Part shown: positions 35,362 to 45,183 of the stretch, piece by piece
Numbering within the stretch: the stretch's first letter is position 1
Layout of the letters: every line of letters begins with the position of its first letter
The notes under the pieces: generated by a model
Seen by the model: the letters and a program-made list of their open reading frames with translations, nothing else
Told to the model about the DNA's origin: nothing
The model's database searches: none
Made by a program: the position numbers and the translations under genes
Source of the DNA: Myxococcota bacterium
GTDB taxonomy: Bacteria; Myxococcota_A; Polyangia; Polyangiales; Sandaracinaceae
Assembly: GCA_036149055.1 (NCBI GenBank)
Contig: JAYZQJ010000014.1
Span: 32,001 to 96,000, forward strand
Direction: 5' to 3'
Length of the DNA: 64,000 nucleotides

Positions 35362-36765
35362 TCACTCGCGCACGGTCTCGGTCGCGCGTCGCAGCTCCCC
35401 GATGGTGCGGTTGTGTGACGAGGTCTCGACGGCGTCCTGCAGCCCCTCGAGCACCCGGGTGAGCGGCTTCTCCGCGTCCTCCCAGGGCAGGGTCGGGTCG
35501 GCGTTGCGGCCGAGCGCGTCGAGCACCGCGGCCACCCGCAGCGAGTCGGGGTCGGACGCGGGCGCGTACAGGGGATCGTACGGCCCCGAGGTGCGCGTCA
35601 GGAGCCCGTGCTGGACGAGGGAGTCGAGCACCTCCCGCAGCGGCTCGACCGCCACCCCCACGTCGCGGGCCAGCTCCCGGAGCCGCTCGCCCTCCCCCGC
35701 CGTCGCGAGCGCGACCATCGCCCGGAGCGCGACCGCCTGCCGCGCCGCGTGGTCGTCGAGCCGACGCCGGGCGAGCTGCCGCAGCGTCGGCGCGTTCTGG
35801 TGCGCGGCCGCGACCTGAGCTCCGAGCAGCACCCACACCCACGAGAGGTGCAGCCAGAGCATGAAGATGGGGAAGGCGCCGAAGCCGGAGTAGAGCGCGT
35901 TGGTGCGGGCGACCCCGATCTGGAAGCGCACGTGCAAGACCTGGAAGAGGTACCAGCCGAGCCCGCCCACCAGCGCGCCGATCAGCGCGGAGCGGCGGCC
36001 CACGGTGGCGCTCGGCAGCAGCACGTAGAGCGGCAGCATGGCCGCGCAGACGAGGAGCGGCGGCACCGCGAAGGCCACCAGGTCGACCAGGATGGCGGCC
36101 GGGGCGATCGCCTCGAACCAGGCCATCAGCGGCTGGCCGTGGCGGGCCGCGGTCAGGGTCGAGGCGAAGGCGAGCAGGATCGGGGTGACGAAGACCACCA
36201 TCAGGTAGGCGGGGATCCGACGGGTCAGCCGGCGCTTGCCCGGGTAGCCCCAGACCGCGTCGAAGGACTCCTCGGCGCCGAGCACCACCCTCGACGCGGT
36301 CACCAGGAGCACGACGAAGCCGATGACCCCGAGACCGAAGACGTCGGTGTCGCTCACCAGGTCGAGCACCCGGTCGAGGTTCGTCCGGAGGATGTGCACC
36401 CCCTCGGGCACGTCCTCCCCCGGGCCGCCGAGCGCGTCGTGCAGGAACGGGCGCACCGTCTCCTTCACCACGCTCTCGTAGAGCCCGACGCCCTTGGCCA
36501 CCGCGAAGACCAGCGCCGCCAGCGGCACCACCGAGAGCAAGGTGAAGAAGGCGAGCGCCGCCGCCCGCATCTGGAGCCGCTCGCGAAAGAAGGCGTCGAC
36601 GGTGACGAAGCCGAGGCGGACCACGGTGAGCAGCCAGCGCCGCGGCCGCGGCAGGGAGCGCTCGTCGACCTCCCAGAGCGTGCGGTAGATCGAGCGGCGC
36701 AGGCGCGTCAGGCGCTTCTCCGCCCGCTTCACCGTCTGCTCGAACCCGCTGACCGCCCTGGGCAC
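35362..36765 (-). CDS. YihY/BrkB family inner-membrane protein with C-terminal winged-helix-like domain
   Basis: AAALAFFTLLSVVP, YSGFGAFPIFMLWLHLSWVWVLLGA; start GTG 36765 or ATG 36777. Confidence 0.9.
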   Translation of the reverse strand: MPRAVSGFEQTVKRAEKRLTRLRRSIYRTLWEVDERSLPRPRRWLLTVVRLGFVTVDAFFRERLQMRAAALAFFTLLSVVPLAALVFAVAKGVGLYESVVKETVRPFLHDALGGPGEDVPEGVHILRTNLDRVLDLVSDTDVFGLGVIGFVVLLVTASRVVLGAEESFDAVWGYPGKRRLTRRIPAYLMVVFVTPILLAFASTLTAARHGQPLMAWFEAIAPAAILVDLVAFAVPPLLVCAAMLPLYVLLPSATVGRRSALIGALVGGLGWYLFQVLHVRFQIGVARTNALYSGFGAFPIFMLWLHLSWVWVLLGAQVAAAHQNAPTLRQLARRRLDDHAARQAVALRAMVALATAGEGERLRELARDVGVAVEPLREVLDSLVQHGLLTRTSGPYDPLYAPASDPDSLRVAAVLDALGRNADPTLPWEDAEKPLTRVLEGLQDAVETSSHNRTIGELRRATETVRE

Positions 36766-36793
36766 GCCAGGGAGCATATGCCATCGGGCTCGA

Positions 36794-36822
36794 TTGACAT
36801 CGAGAACGCCAGGACTTACGCC
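36794..36822 (+). promoter_or_regulatory. Sigma70-type promoter for bolA-grxD
   Basis: TTGACA-N17-TACGCC upstream of GAGGAG RBS. Confidence 0.55.
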
Positions 36823-36845
36823 TCCCGGCTGAGGAGAGCAGAAGC

Positions 36846-37100
36846 ATGGTCGAACCGCAGGTGGTGATGGACAAGATCCGTGAGGGGCTCGGCGAGGTGA
36901 CCCACCTCGAGCTGGAGGACCTGACCGGGACCAAGGACCACTACCGGGCGGTCGTCGTGAGCCCCACGTTCGAAGGCAAGAGCCGGATCGAGCAGCACCA
37001 GGCGGTCTACGCCGCGCTGGGCGAGCTGATGGCCGGGCCGGTGCACGCGCTCTCGCTCGCCACGTACACGCCGGACAAGTGGAACGCCCGGGAAAGCTGA
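36846..37100 (+). CDS. bolA: BolA family protein
   Basis: DHY..VVVS..FEGKSRIEQHQAVY, VHALSL; adjacent to monothiol glutaredoxin. Confidence 0.92.
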   Translation: MVEPQVVMDKIREGLGEVTHLELEDLTGTKDHYRAVVVSPTFEGKSRIEQHQAVYAALGELMAGPVHALSLATYTPDKWNARES

Positions 37101-37108
37101 AGGAAGCC

Positions 37109-37432
37109 ATGGACGAAGCCGTCAAGACCCGCATCCAGTCGATCCTCGACGCGCACTCGGTCGTGCTCTTCATGAAGGGCACCCAGCACTTCCCCCAGTG
37201 CGGCTTCAGCCACCGCGCGGTGGAGATCCTCAAGCGCTGCGGCGCCAAGGAGATGCACACCGTCAACGTGCTCGAGGACCCCGAGATCCGTCAGGGCATC
37301 AAGGACTTCGGCAACTGGCCGACGATCCCGCAGCTCTACCTGAAGGGGAAGCTCGTCGGCGGCTCCGACATCCTCATGGAGATGTTCGAGAGCGGCGAGC
37401 TCCAGCCGATGGTCGAGGACGCGCAGAAGTAG
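37109..37432 (+). CDS. grxD: Grx4 family monothiol glutaredoxin
   Basis: LFMKG...PQCGFS, WPTIPQLY, GGSDI. Confidence 0.95.
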   Translation: MDEAVKTRIQSILDAHSVVLFMKGTQHFPQCGFSHRAVEILKRCGAKEMHTVNVLEDPEIRQGIKDFGNWPTIPQLYLKGKLVGGSDILMEMFESGELQPMVEDAQK

Positions 37433-39296
37433 CGCGCTCTCGCAGATCGAAGCGCAAGAGGCGCTGCTCGGACTCGATGCCCTTGAGCGCGGCGGTGAAG
37501 CCGCTGCGCGGCACGTCCTCGAGCAGCGCGGCCACCGCCGGCTCGTCCGCGACGTCCTCGGTCACCACGATCTCGCTGGCCGCCGCCTGGGCTTGAAGCC
37601 GGGCGGCCATGTTCACGGTGGTGCCGAAGAAGTCGAGCCGCTCGTTGGCCCGCACCGCCAGGCACGGCCCGGCGTGCACCCCGATCTTCACGCCGAGCTC
37701 GCCGTCCGGGTGGGCCGCGTCGTGGCGCGCGATCATGTCCACCGCGGCGGCCGCGGCGTCGGCGGCCGACGGGAACGACGCCATCACCGCGTCGCCCATG
37801 GTCTTCACGATCGCGCCGCCGTGGGCCGAGACCGCGCCGCCCATCAGCCGGAAGTGCTCCTCGACGATCGCGAACGCGCGCGCGTCGCCCACCCGCTCGT
37901 AGAGCGCGGTCGACCCGACGAGGTCGCTGAAGAGCAGCGCGAGGTGACCGACCCGCAGGTCCACCCCGGAGGCGGGCGCCTCGGTCGCGAAGAGGTCCAC
38001 GAACTCCGGGAAGCTCGCGACCACCGTGCCGAGCACCGCGTCCGCCGCCCACCCGGCGCGCTCGAGCAGCACCGTCGCGTCCCCCGCGCGCGCGTTCTCG
38101 ACCACCCAGCGGGTGATCCCGTCGCTCGCCTCCCCTTCGGGAGAGAGCGTGATCCCGTCGTCGAGCGTGACCCGGAGCGTGGCCGGCGGGCCGGCGAGCT
38201 CCACGTCGGCGCCGCCCTGGGTCCCGAGGGTGCGGGCGTGCAGCGGCCCCGGCGGCAGCTCGACCGCGCGCTCGATCGTCTCGCCCGGCTTCACCCGGAG
38301 CTGCGCCATCACGTGGGGCAGGAACGCGGGGCTCGAGGCGCAGTAGAGCGCGGTCTCGACCGGCCGCACCGCCGGGTTCGAGGGGAAGACGGCCTCGACG
38401 TGCTGGGCGAAGTCGGTGTCGAAGTGGATCTGGCAGGCGTCGCAGTGGGTCTGCTCGCCGAGGCTGTCGAGGCTCTCGACCACGCTCGCGCCGACCCGGC
38501 AGACGGGGCAGTTGATCTGCCAGCGCAGGTCGGTCAGCCCGCTCACGGTGGCGTGCAGGAAGCCCCGCAGCACGTCGCGTCGATCGAGCCCCCAGTGCCG
38601 CGCGAGCTCGAAGGGGCGCATCTGCTGCACCTCCTCGTCGGGCCGCTCGTCGAGGTGTCGGACCAGCCGCTCGACCACCTCCTCGGGGACCGGCGCGCCG
38701 CGCAGCCGGGCCGCTCGGGTCTTCAGCTGCAGGGCGTCCGGCGGGGTGCGCGCGCCGGTCGCCGTCTCCGAGCGCGCGTCTCCGAGCAGCCGCTTCACCC
38801 GGATCGCGGCCGGCTCGTCCGGGTCGTCGACGCCCTTGTCGCGCCAGCCCTCGAGCACCTCCTCAATCGCGTCGAGGTAGCGGGTGAGCCCCACCTTGAA
38901 CTTCCGGCGCTGCACCGGCCCGAGGAAGAGCGCGAACGCGCCGCCGGCGTCGACGTAGGCGCGCGCGGTGATGCGGGTCGCCCCCTCGTGATCCTCGAGC
39001 TCGGCCTCGAAGCCGCCCTCGAGCGCGGGCCCGGCCCGGAAGTCCCGCTGGCCGCGGATGTACCGCCCCTCGATCCACTCGTAGGGCGGCTCGACCCACT
39101 CCAGCTCGACGCCGAGCTCCTTCGCCTTGGCGACCCGGACGAGCTTGCCGTCGTCCTGCGTCTCCCAGCGGTAGCTCGCCGCCGCCAGCCCGAGCGCGCG
39201 GTCGGAGCGGTTGGTGTCGGAGACGATGCCCCACACCAGATCCCGCGGGGCGTCGAAGACCCGCGTCACCTCGCTCTGAAAGCGCTTCGCCGCCAT
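37374..39296 (-). CDS. Class III adenylate cyclase with N-terminal SRPBCC-like and DUF5939-like domains
   Basis: FSDLVGST, VKTMGDAVMA, DFFGTTVNMAARL; CPVC/CDAC motifs; 59-nt convergent overlap with grxD. Confidence 0.88.
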   Translation of the reverse strand: MAAKRFQSEVTRVFDAPRDLVWGIVSDTNRSDRALGLAAASYRWETQDDGKLVRVAKAKELGVELEWVEPPYEWIEGRYIRGQRDFRAGPALEGGFEAELEDHEGATRITARAYVDAGGAFALFLGPVQRRKFKVGLTRYLDAIEEVLEGWRDKGVDDPDEPAAIRVKRLLGDARSETATGARTPPDALQLKTRAARLRGAPVPEEVVERLVRHLDERPDEEVQQMRPFELARHWGLDRRDVLRGFLHATVSGLTDLRWQINCPVCRVGASVVESLDSLGEQTHCDACQIHFDTDFAQHVEAVFPSNPAVRPVETALYCASSPAFLPHVMAQLRVKPGETIERAVELPPGPLHARTLGTQGGADVELAGPPATLRVTLDDGITLSPEGEASDGITRWVVENARAGDATVLLERAGWAADAVLGTVVASFPEFVDLFATEAPASGVDLRVGHLALLFSDLVGSTALYERVGDARAFAIVEEHFRLMGGAVSAHGGAIVKTMGDAVMASFPSAADAAAAAVDMIARHDAAHPDGELGVKIGVHAGPCLAVRANERLDFFGTTVNMAARLQAQAAASEIVVTEDVADEPAVAALLEDVPRSGFTAALKGIESEQRLLRFDLRERATSARPRPSAGARRSRTSP

Positions 39297-39366
39297 GATG
39301 AACCGCGAAGGGAGCGTAGCACGCGACCTTGAACGGCCCCGCGCGGGCCGCTATCTGGGGGCTCGG

Positions 39367-40206
39367 ATGACGACGACGGCACGATGGGGGTTCTGGATCG
39401 TGGTCGGCGCGGGCCTGCTCGTCCCGCTGGCGAGCTGCGCGCGCGGCGGCAACGACCGGACGGACATGGACAGCGGCGTGACGATCCCGATGGACACCGG
39501 GGTGAGCGACACCGGGGTCACGGCGCCGGTGGACACCGGGGTGACCCGCCCGCCCGACTCCGGGGTGGTCCGCGACACCGGCGTCGACCCGAGCTGCAGC
39601 GAGACCCCGTGCCGGCTGCTCCCGCCGCAGTGCGGCTGCCCCGGCGGGCAGGGCTGCTACATCACCGGCGCGACCACCCGCGAGTGCGGGACGCCGGGCC
39701 CGGAGCGCGAGGGCCAGTCCTGCTCCGGCGTGACCGCCTGTCAGATCGGCCACCTCTGCATCGGCGCCACCGCGTCCTTCTGCGCCCGCTTCTGCAACAG
39801 CGACGCGGACTGTCCCGGCGGCCCGGGCTCGCTCTGCCTCATCGAGCTGAACGACGGCATGGGCGGCACCATCCCGAACGCCACCCTGTGCAGCGTGCAC
39901 TGCACGCCGACCAGCGGCGCCGGGTGCCCGAGCGGCATGGGCTGCGCGGTCTTCGAGGAGTCCGACGGCGCCATGCGCACCTTCACCCAGTGTCGTCCCG
40001 CGGGCAGCGGCACCCGCGGCTCCTCCTGCGTCGACGAGGAGGACTGCGCCGCCGGCTACTTCTGCGGCGACCCCGGCACCGGCAACGAGTGCATCCGCCT
40101 CTGCACGGTCTCGAGCGGCGGCCCCGAGTGCTCCGGCTTCGAGCTCTGCAACAGCTTCACCGACCCGATCACCGTCGGCGGCACGGAGTACGGCTACTGT
40201 CTCTAG
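39367..40206 (+). CDS. Cys-rich lipoprotein
   Basis: LAS-C lipobox; D(S/T)GV linker repeats; PCRLLPPQCGC. Confidence 0.8.
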   Translation: MTTTARWGFWIVVGAGLLVPLASCARGGNDRTDMDSGVTIPMDTGVSDTGVTAPVDTGVTRPPDSGVVRDTGVDPSCSETPCRLLPPQCGCPGGQGCYITGATTRECGTPGPEREGQSCSGVTACQIGHLCIGATASFCARFCNSDADCPGGPGSLCLIELNDGMGGTIPNATLCSVHCTPTSGAGCPSGMGCAVFEESDGAMRTFTQCRPAGSGTRGSSCVDEEDCAAGYFCGDPGTGNECIRLCTVSSGGPECSGFELCNSFTDPITVGGTEYGYCL

Positions 40207-40215
40207 CTATGGTCT

Positions 40216-42594
40216 CTAGCGAGAGCGCCGGACCGCGATCCCGAGGAGGGCGATCAGGAGCACGAGCGCCCACCGAGACGACGGCCACTCGCCCGGGGCC
40301 GCGCGACACCGGCACCCTCCGTAGGTGACGACCTCGGCCGCGCCGCCGTCGGGCCGAACACCCCCATCCAGGCCGGCGTCGTCCTCGAGAACACCCGCGT
40401 CGACGGGCAGCCCCGCGTCGCACGTCGCGGGAGTCGTGATCGGGCAGCTGGCGAGGACGCCATCGCACACCACCGGGCCGCCGCACGTGTCCTCGCCGCA
40501 CGCGGTCCCGGCGGACGCGACCGCGTCGGGAGGACAGTCCCACGCGCCTTCCTCGCAGCGCTCCGGGAGGTCGCAGGGGGCAGACGCCGCCCGACAGACG
40601 TCCCCGGCTCTCGTGCCGTCCTCCGGACACTCCGCCTCGACTCCGTCGCAGACCTCGGCCCGATCGCACTCTCCGCGGGCGGGCCGACACACGTGCTCCG
40701 CGGGGAGCGCGGTGCAGCGCCCGTCGGCGGACGCACCCAGCGCGGCCGCGCAGACGACGCAGTCCGCGTCGCTCCCGCCGCCGCACGCGGCGTCGCAGCA
40801 GACTCCGTCCACGCACCAGCCGCTCAGGCAGTCGGCGTCGACCGAGCAGGCGTCCCCCTGCTCCAGGCGGAGCGCGTAGAGCCGGACCGCCCCGGCGTAG
40901 GTCAGCCCCGCGACGGTCTCGAGCCGGCTGCCGACCGCGAGGTGATCTCCCGACCCGGCGAGGCTGACGGCGTAGCCGCTCGGGGCCGGCGGGGTCGGCG
41001 CCTCGAGCGGGGCGTCGAAGACCTCCACGAGCGCGACCGAGCCGCTCGGATCTCTCCGGTACAGGAACGACTGCCCCTGCCGCCCATCGGGCAGCGGCGC
41101 GCCGCTCCAGCCGACGGCGAGGTGGTCTCCCCACGCGGCCAGTCGCCCCCCGAACCCCGGCAGCGGGCTCCCCGGCGTGCCGTGAGTGAGCTGCCCGTCG
41201 TGTACCCACCCCGCCCCATCGCGCGAGAAGAAGTGCACGGCGTTCCCCTGGTAGGTGCCCACCGCGACGCCCCCCCACGGGAGCGCGACGACCGACTCTC
41301 CGAGCCCCCGCGCGCCGGGCGGCCGGGGGAGCTCCCCCTGCAGCGTCCAGCCGCCGGGGTCGCGCCCGTAGTGGAACACGCTGCCGTAGCCCGCGCTGGG
41401 GAAGCTGGTCGGAGCGTCCTGACGCGACGCGCCCCAAAGGAGCGAGCCTCCGACGAATGCGAGGTACTCCGACGAGATCGTGCACACCCGCTGATCGGCG
41501 CGGGGCCCCGGCAGCTCGGCCTCCTGGGTGTAGGTCCGGTCGGCCGCCCGGCGGAAGACGTAGGCCCGCCCCGGGTCGTCGCTGAACCCCTGGCATGCGC
41601 CGACCGCGAGGGTGTCCCCCTCGATCGCCAGCGCCTTCCCGAACCAGAGCTCCGCGCGCGCGCCCGTCGGGACCACGGTGGAGTCCAGCGTCCACGCGCC
41701 GCCGTCCAGGCGGTGCACGTACACGGCCCCGCCGACCTCGGCCCGGGGAGCGCCGACGAAGAGGTCGTCTCCGACGAGCTCCAGCGTCAGCCCGAAGGCG
41801 TCCCCGCTCCGGGGGCTCGGCGCCATGAGGGTGGAGTGATGGACCCAACCTCCGCCGCTCCGTTCGTAGACGAGCACCCGGCCCGGGCCTCCGCTGACCG
41901 CGCCCGCGAACACGTAGTCGTCGTTCATGACCACGCTGGCCCCGAGCTCCTCACGCGCCGGCGGCGCGCCGACCAGACGGGCCGTCTCCCCCCAGATGAG
42001 GGGATCGACGAGCACGGGGTAGACGGCGTCCCGATCGTCGATCGCGAGGACCACGCCCCCACGCGCGGCCCGCATCGAGATCGGGAGCGGCCGCCCGGTC
42101 GCGTCCCAGGCCGCCGGTGAGTCGTAGCCGAAGGCGCGGCGGCCCTCCGCGTAGAGGGCCACGCCCGTCGCCTCGTCGCGGACCTCGACCGGGCCGGTGA
42201 CCGCCACCCGCAGCTCGAGCGCGCCCTCTCCCGGTGGGCGCCGGTCGAGCCACCAGAGCTGCTCCACCGCGTCTCCCTCCCGGGAGAACCACTCCAGCGC
42301 GCCGTCGTGCGCGTAGACCCGCTTCTGACCGACGTCTCGCCCCTCGCTGGGCTTCGCGGAGCGCCACGGTCCTCGCTCGCGCTGCCAGCCGAGCGTCTGG
42401 AAGCGCACCGCGAGGCCCCCGTGGCTGAGCTCGATCCCGCCCGCGCGGAGCGCGATCTGCAGCCTCGAGCGGCGCTCGGAGGCGAGCCGGTTCGCGGCGG
42501 GCGCAGCGGCCCGGAGCTCCGCGCGCGGGCTCACGCACCCGGTGAGCGCGGCGACGGCCAGCGCCGCGAGCCAACCCGCCCGCCGAGCCCTCAC
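40216..42594 (-). CDS. FG-GAP repeat + disintegrin-like Cys-rich surface protein with MYXO-CTERM
   Basis: LTG-C lipobox; LVDPL; FG..L/VGAP/G.VYV repeats; CRPARGECDRAEVCDG disintegrin-like repeats; GGCRC-TM-RRSR tail. Confidence 0.8.
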   Translation of the reverse strand: MRARRAGWLAALAVAALTGCVSPRAELRAAAPAANRLASERRSRLQIALRAGGIELSHGGLAVRFQTLGWQRERGPWRSAKPSEGRDVGQKRVYAHDGALEWFSREGDAVEQLWWLDRRPPGEGALELRVAVTGPVEVRDEATGVALYAEGRRAFGYDSPAAWDATGRPLPISMRAARGGVVLAIDDRDAVYPVLVDPLIWGETARLVGAPPAREELGASVVMNDDYVFAGAVSGGPGRVLVYERSGGGWVHHSTLMAPSPRSGDAFGLTLELVGDDLFVGAPRAEVGGAVYVHRLDGGAWTLDSTVVPTGARAELWFGKALAIEGDTLAVGACQGFSDDPGRAYVFRRAADRTYTQEAELPGPRADQRVCTISSEYLAFVGGSLLWGASRQDAPTSFPSAGYGSVFHYGRDPGGWTLQGELPRPPGARGLGESVVALPWGGVAVGTYQGNAVHFFSRDGAGWVHDGQLTHGTPGSPLPGFGGRLAAWGDHLAVGWSGAPLPDGRQGQSFLYRRDPSGSVALVEVFDAPLEAPTPPAPSGYAVSLAGSGDHLAVGSRLETVAGLTYAGAVRLYALRLEQGDACSVDADCLSGWCVDGVCCDAACGGGSDADCVVCAAALGASADGRCTALPAEHVCRPARGECDRAEVCDGVEAECPEDGTRAGDVCRAASAPCDLPERCEEGAWDCPPDAVASAGTACGEDTCGGPVVCDGVLASCPITTPATCDAGLPVDAGVLEDDAGLDGGVRPDGGAAEVVTYGGCRCRAAPGEWPSSRWALVLLIALLGIAVRRSR

Positions 42595-42751
42595 GAGGCC
42601 CCCTCCGGCAGAGTCGGCGCGCGCCGCGGGGCGAGGGTCGAGATGCGAGAGCCTCGTTCCAGAGAAGGGCACCCGCTCACGATCACCCGCGCGCCTGAAT
42701 GATGTCAATCGACCCTGGCGAGCCTCCACCTCACCTCGAGCGACGGAGGCG

Positions 42752-44212
42752 TCATCTCGGGCGGTAGAGGAAGACGTCCGCCTCGGTGCTGGAGACGCCG
42801 ACGAAGACGTCGTAGCGGGCGCTGTACTGGAAGCGGCCGAAGACGCCGTTGTCGGTGGCCGGGCCGGGGTCGTCGCCGGCGGCGTCGACGCGGGTCCAGG
42901 CGTTCGTCGTGAAGTCGTAGGCGTGGACCGCGCGGCCGCCGTGCCAGCCGATGAGGCGATCGGTGCGGGGGTGGTAGGCGAAGGCGGCGCCCACCGCGTC
43001 GACGAGCGCGGTGTCGCCGGTGGAGGCGACCATGGTCGGCGCGGCGCTCGGGGCGGCGAGCTCGTAGCGGAGCATCGAGCCGGACCCGATGTGGAAGAGC
43101 TCGCCGGTGCTCTCGCGCACCACCGAGTCCTTGCCGTTGCGCCAGCCGCCCCAGGGGTTGAGGTCGTAGCTCTCGTGGGCCTCGGTCGTCGCGTCGAAGC
43201 GGCCGAGGCGACCGCCCGAGTCCTTGCCCGAGATCCAGACGGCCCCGCTCCAGTACTGGGTGAAGCCGCCGAAGCCCGGCACGCTGCCGACCTCGGGGAC
43301 CGGCGAGGCGAGGCGACTCCAGCGCTCGGCGGTGAAGTCGTAGCAGTCCACCCACGCGTGGCTCGTCTGCCCGCTCGGGTACAGCGCGACCGCGCCGAAC
43401 GCGCAGAGGGCGTCCCGCTCGGGCACGTAGGTGAGGCCGTCGTAGGTGTGGCGAGAGCGCGGGTGCTGCCAGTCGATCAGGTCGACGTAGGGCGCCTGAT
43501 CGCAGAGCTCGGGGCGGAGGTAGGTGAGCTCGCCGGTGCGCCGGTTGCGCTGGCGGTCCGCGTCCGGCACCGCGTCCACGTCGAACGGGCCGCGCGCGTA
43601 GTAGCCGCAGGACTCGAAGAGGCGCGCGCCCTCGGCCGACTGGTCCGCGTCCGGGTGCTCGCTCGGGGTCGTGAGGCGCTGCCAGCTCAGGGTGTCGAGG
43701 TCGAAGGCGTAGAGCTCCTCGCCGCCGTAGTCCGCGTGGCCGCCGCCGAAGATCACGAGCCGCTGCCGCCGGGTGTCGAAGACGGCGCCGCTCCAGCCGC
43801 CGACGATGGACCGGAAGCGCCCCGGCGGGCAGACCCCGATCGTGTCGCACGGGTCGAGCTGCGACAGCTCGGTGCCCGGCACGCTCCCGAACGCCCCCGG
43901 CTCGAGCCCGGCGAGGAAGTCGTGGATCGGGAGATCGCAGTCGCCCTCGTTGGCCTCCGACTCCGCGTCCGCGTCGAGGCAGCCGCAGTCCTCGGGGAAG
44001 TCGAAGAGCCCGTCTCCGTCGTTGTCGAGCCCGTCGGCGCAGGCGCTCACCGGCCCCTCGTCGCCGCCCGAGCCGGAGTCCATCGCCCCCGCGTCTGCGG
44101 CGGCGCCCGCGTCGATCGCGGCGCTGCCGTCCGGCGAGGTGCCGGCGTCGAGGTGGAGCTCGCCGTCGGAGCAAGCGACGAGGAGCAGCGAAGCCAAGAA
44201 GAGTCGAGTCAT
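42752..44212 (-). CDS. Lipoprotein with Ca-binding-like motif and Kelch-like beta-propeller
   Basis: LVA-C lipobox; CADGLDNDGDG; FGGGHADY, SRHTYDGL, YDF...W repeats. Confidence 0.75.
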   Translation of the reverse strand: MTRLFLASLLLVACSDGELHLDAGTSPDGSAAIDAGAAADAGAMDSGSGGDEGPVSACADGLDNDGDGLFDFPEDCGCLDADAESEANEGDCDLPIHDFLAGLEPGAFGSVPGTELSQLDPCDTIGVCPPGRFRSIVGGWSGAVFDTRRQRLVIFGGGHADYGGEELYAFDLDTLSWQRLTTPSEHPDADQSAEGARLFESCGYYARGPFDVDAVPDADRQRNRRTGELTYLRPELCDQAPYVDLIDWQHPRSRHTYDGLTYVPERDALCAFGAVALYPSGQTSHAWVDCYDFTAERWSRLASPVPEVGSVPGFGGFTQYWSGAVWISGKDSGGRLGRFDATTEAHESYDLNPWGGWRNGKDSVVRESTGELFHIGSGSMLRYELAAPSAAPTMVASTGDTALVDAVGAAFAYHPRTDRLIGWHGGRAVHAYDFTTNAWTRVDAAGDDPGPATDNGVFGRFQYSARYDVFVGVSSTEADVFLYRPR

Positions 44213-44230
44213 GGCCACACGCTGCCCGGC

Positions 44231-44344
44231 AGAGGCCGCCGCGACGATTACCCCGCCTGCGCGGGTCGGCGCGGATGGCGCGCTCGAGGGCCTTGGCGTC
44301 GAGGGACTGAATGGAGCGGACGAGGTCGTCGACGATCTCCTCGC
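44231..44344. repeat. Direct repeat copy A (remnant of 3' end of NTT-HEAT gene)
   Basis: Near-identical to 45184-45330 but lacks 33 nt (45223-45255). Confidence 0.92.
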
Positions 44345-44351
44345 AAGCGAC

Positions 44352-45146
44352 CTACCCCTGCTGGACGACCACGTTCGGACCGAGATCCTCCTGCATCCGA
44401 CGCCGGTCCGGCTCGCCCAGCTGCGGGTGGTAGACGTTGAGGGTCAACGGCTCGGGGCGCTCGACGCGGCCGATCTCGCGGCCCTGGCGAGCGAGATCGA
44501 GCGCGGTCTCGGCCCGAACGCAGAGGGTCTGGAGGCGCGAAGTCTCGAGCAGGAGGCGAGCGTGCTCCGCGTCGGCCCGCTGGGCGTTGAGGACCAGCTT
44601 ACGAAGGCGACGCCGGGAACGGAGGCCCTCGATCACGCCTCGGTCGAGCGGACACGGCGACGCCCAACCCAACTGAAACGGGTCGAGCACGTCGAGCAGG
44701 TTGGCCACGAGCTCGGGCGCGCGAGGGCTGCGCCGCGGGTCTACGACCGCGACTCCGAGACGCTCCACGGCGTCGACGACCTCGGGCGAGAGCGGCGGGA
44801 TGGGAGTCGTGGGCAGCTCGGTGACCACACTGAAGCTCCAGGGACGAAGCGCCTGGAGCAGCCGCGCGACGCCGGCGCCCGACAGACGATGCCGAGCCTC
44901 GAGGCTCAGGCCCTCGACTTCGCTTCCCTCACACGCCGCCGCGGTCTCGTCGACGTGCGCATCACAGAACCCGTTGCTGACGCCGAGCCAAACTCTGGCG
45001 TTCCGGGCATCCACATCCCCGGGAGTGTCGACCACCGAGTCGCCACTCTCTCTGTACAGGACCCAGTGCGCCGGGGCGTCGACGTACACGACGCCGGCCT
45101 ACCGCCCGTCTCGGCGCAACTGAAGCTCGCGCGTCTCGAAGCCCAT
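44352..45146 (-). pseudogene. Orphan hypothetical gene with in-frame TAG at codon 16 (or intact from GTG 45089)
   Basis: ATG 45146 with TATGCT box 8 nt upstream reads MGFETRELQLRRDGR*AGVVYVDAP..., in frame with ORF 44352..45089; visibly more A/T-ending codons than neighbours. Confidence 0.55.
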
Positions 45147-45183
45147 GAGACGGAAGCATAGCACGCCAGACTCACCGAGGACG

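Noticed and set aside
37374..37432. Convergent overlap of cyclase and grxD (also 34662-34675 and 57281-57299) as a regulatory device
   Set aside because: Short 3' overlaps are common in high-GC genomes, and the cyclase tail is low-complexity run-on
44345..45183. IS element or transposase in the inserted segment
   Set aside because: No terminal inverted repeats, and no DDE, HUH or recombinase motifs seen in any frame
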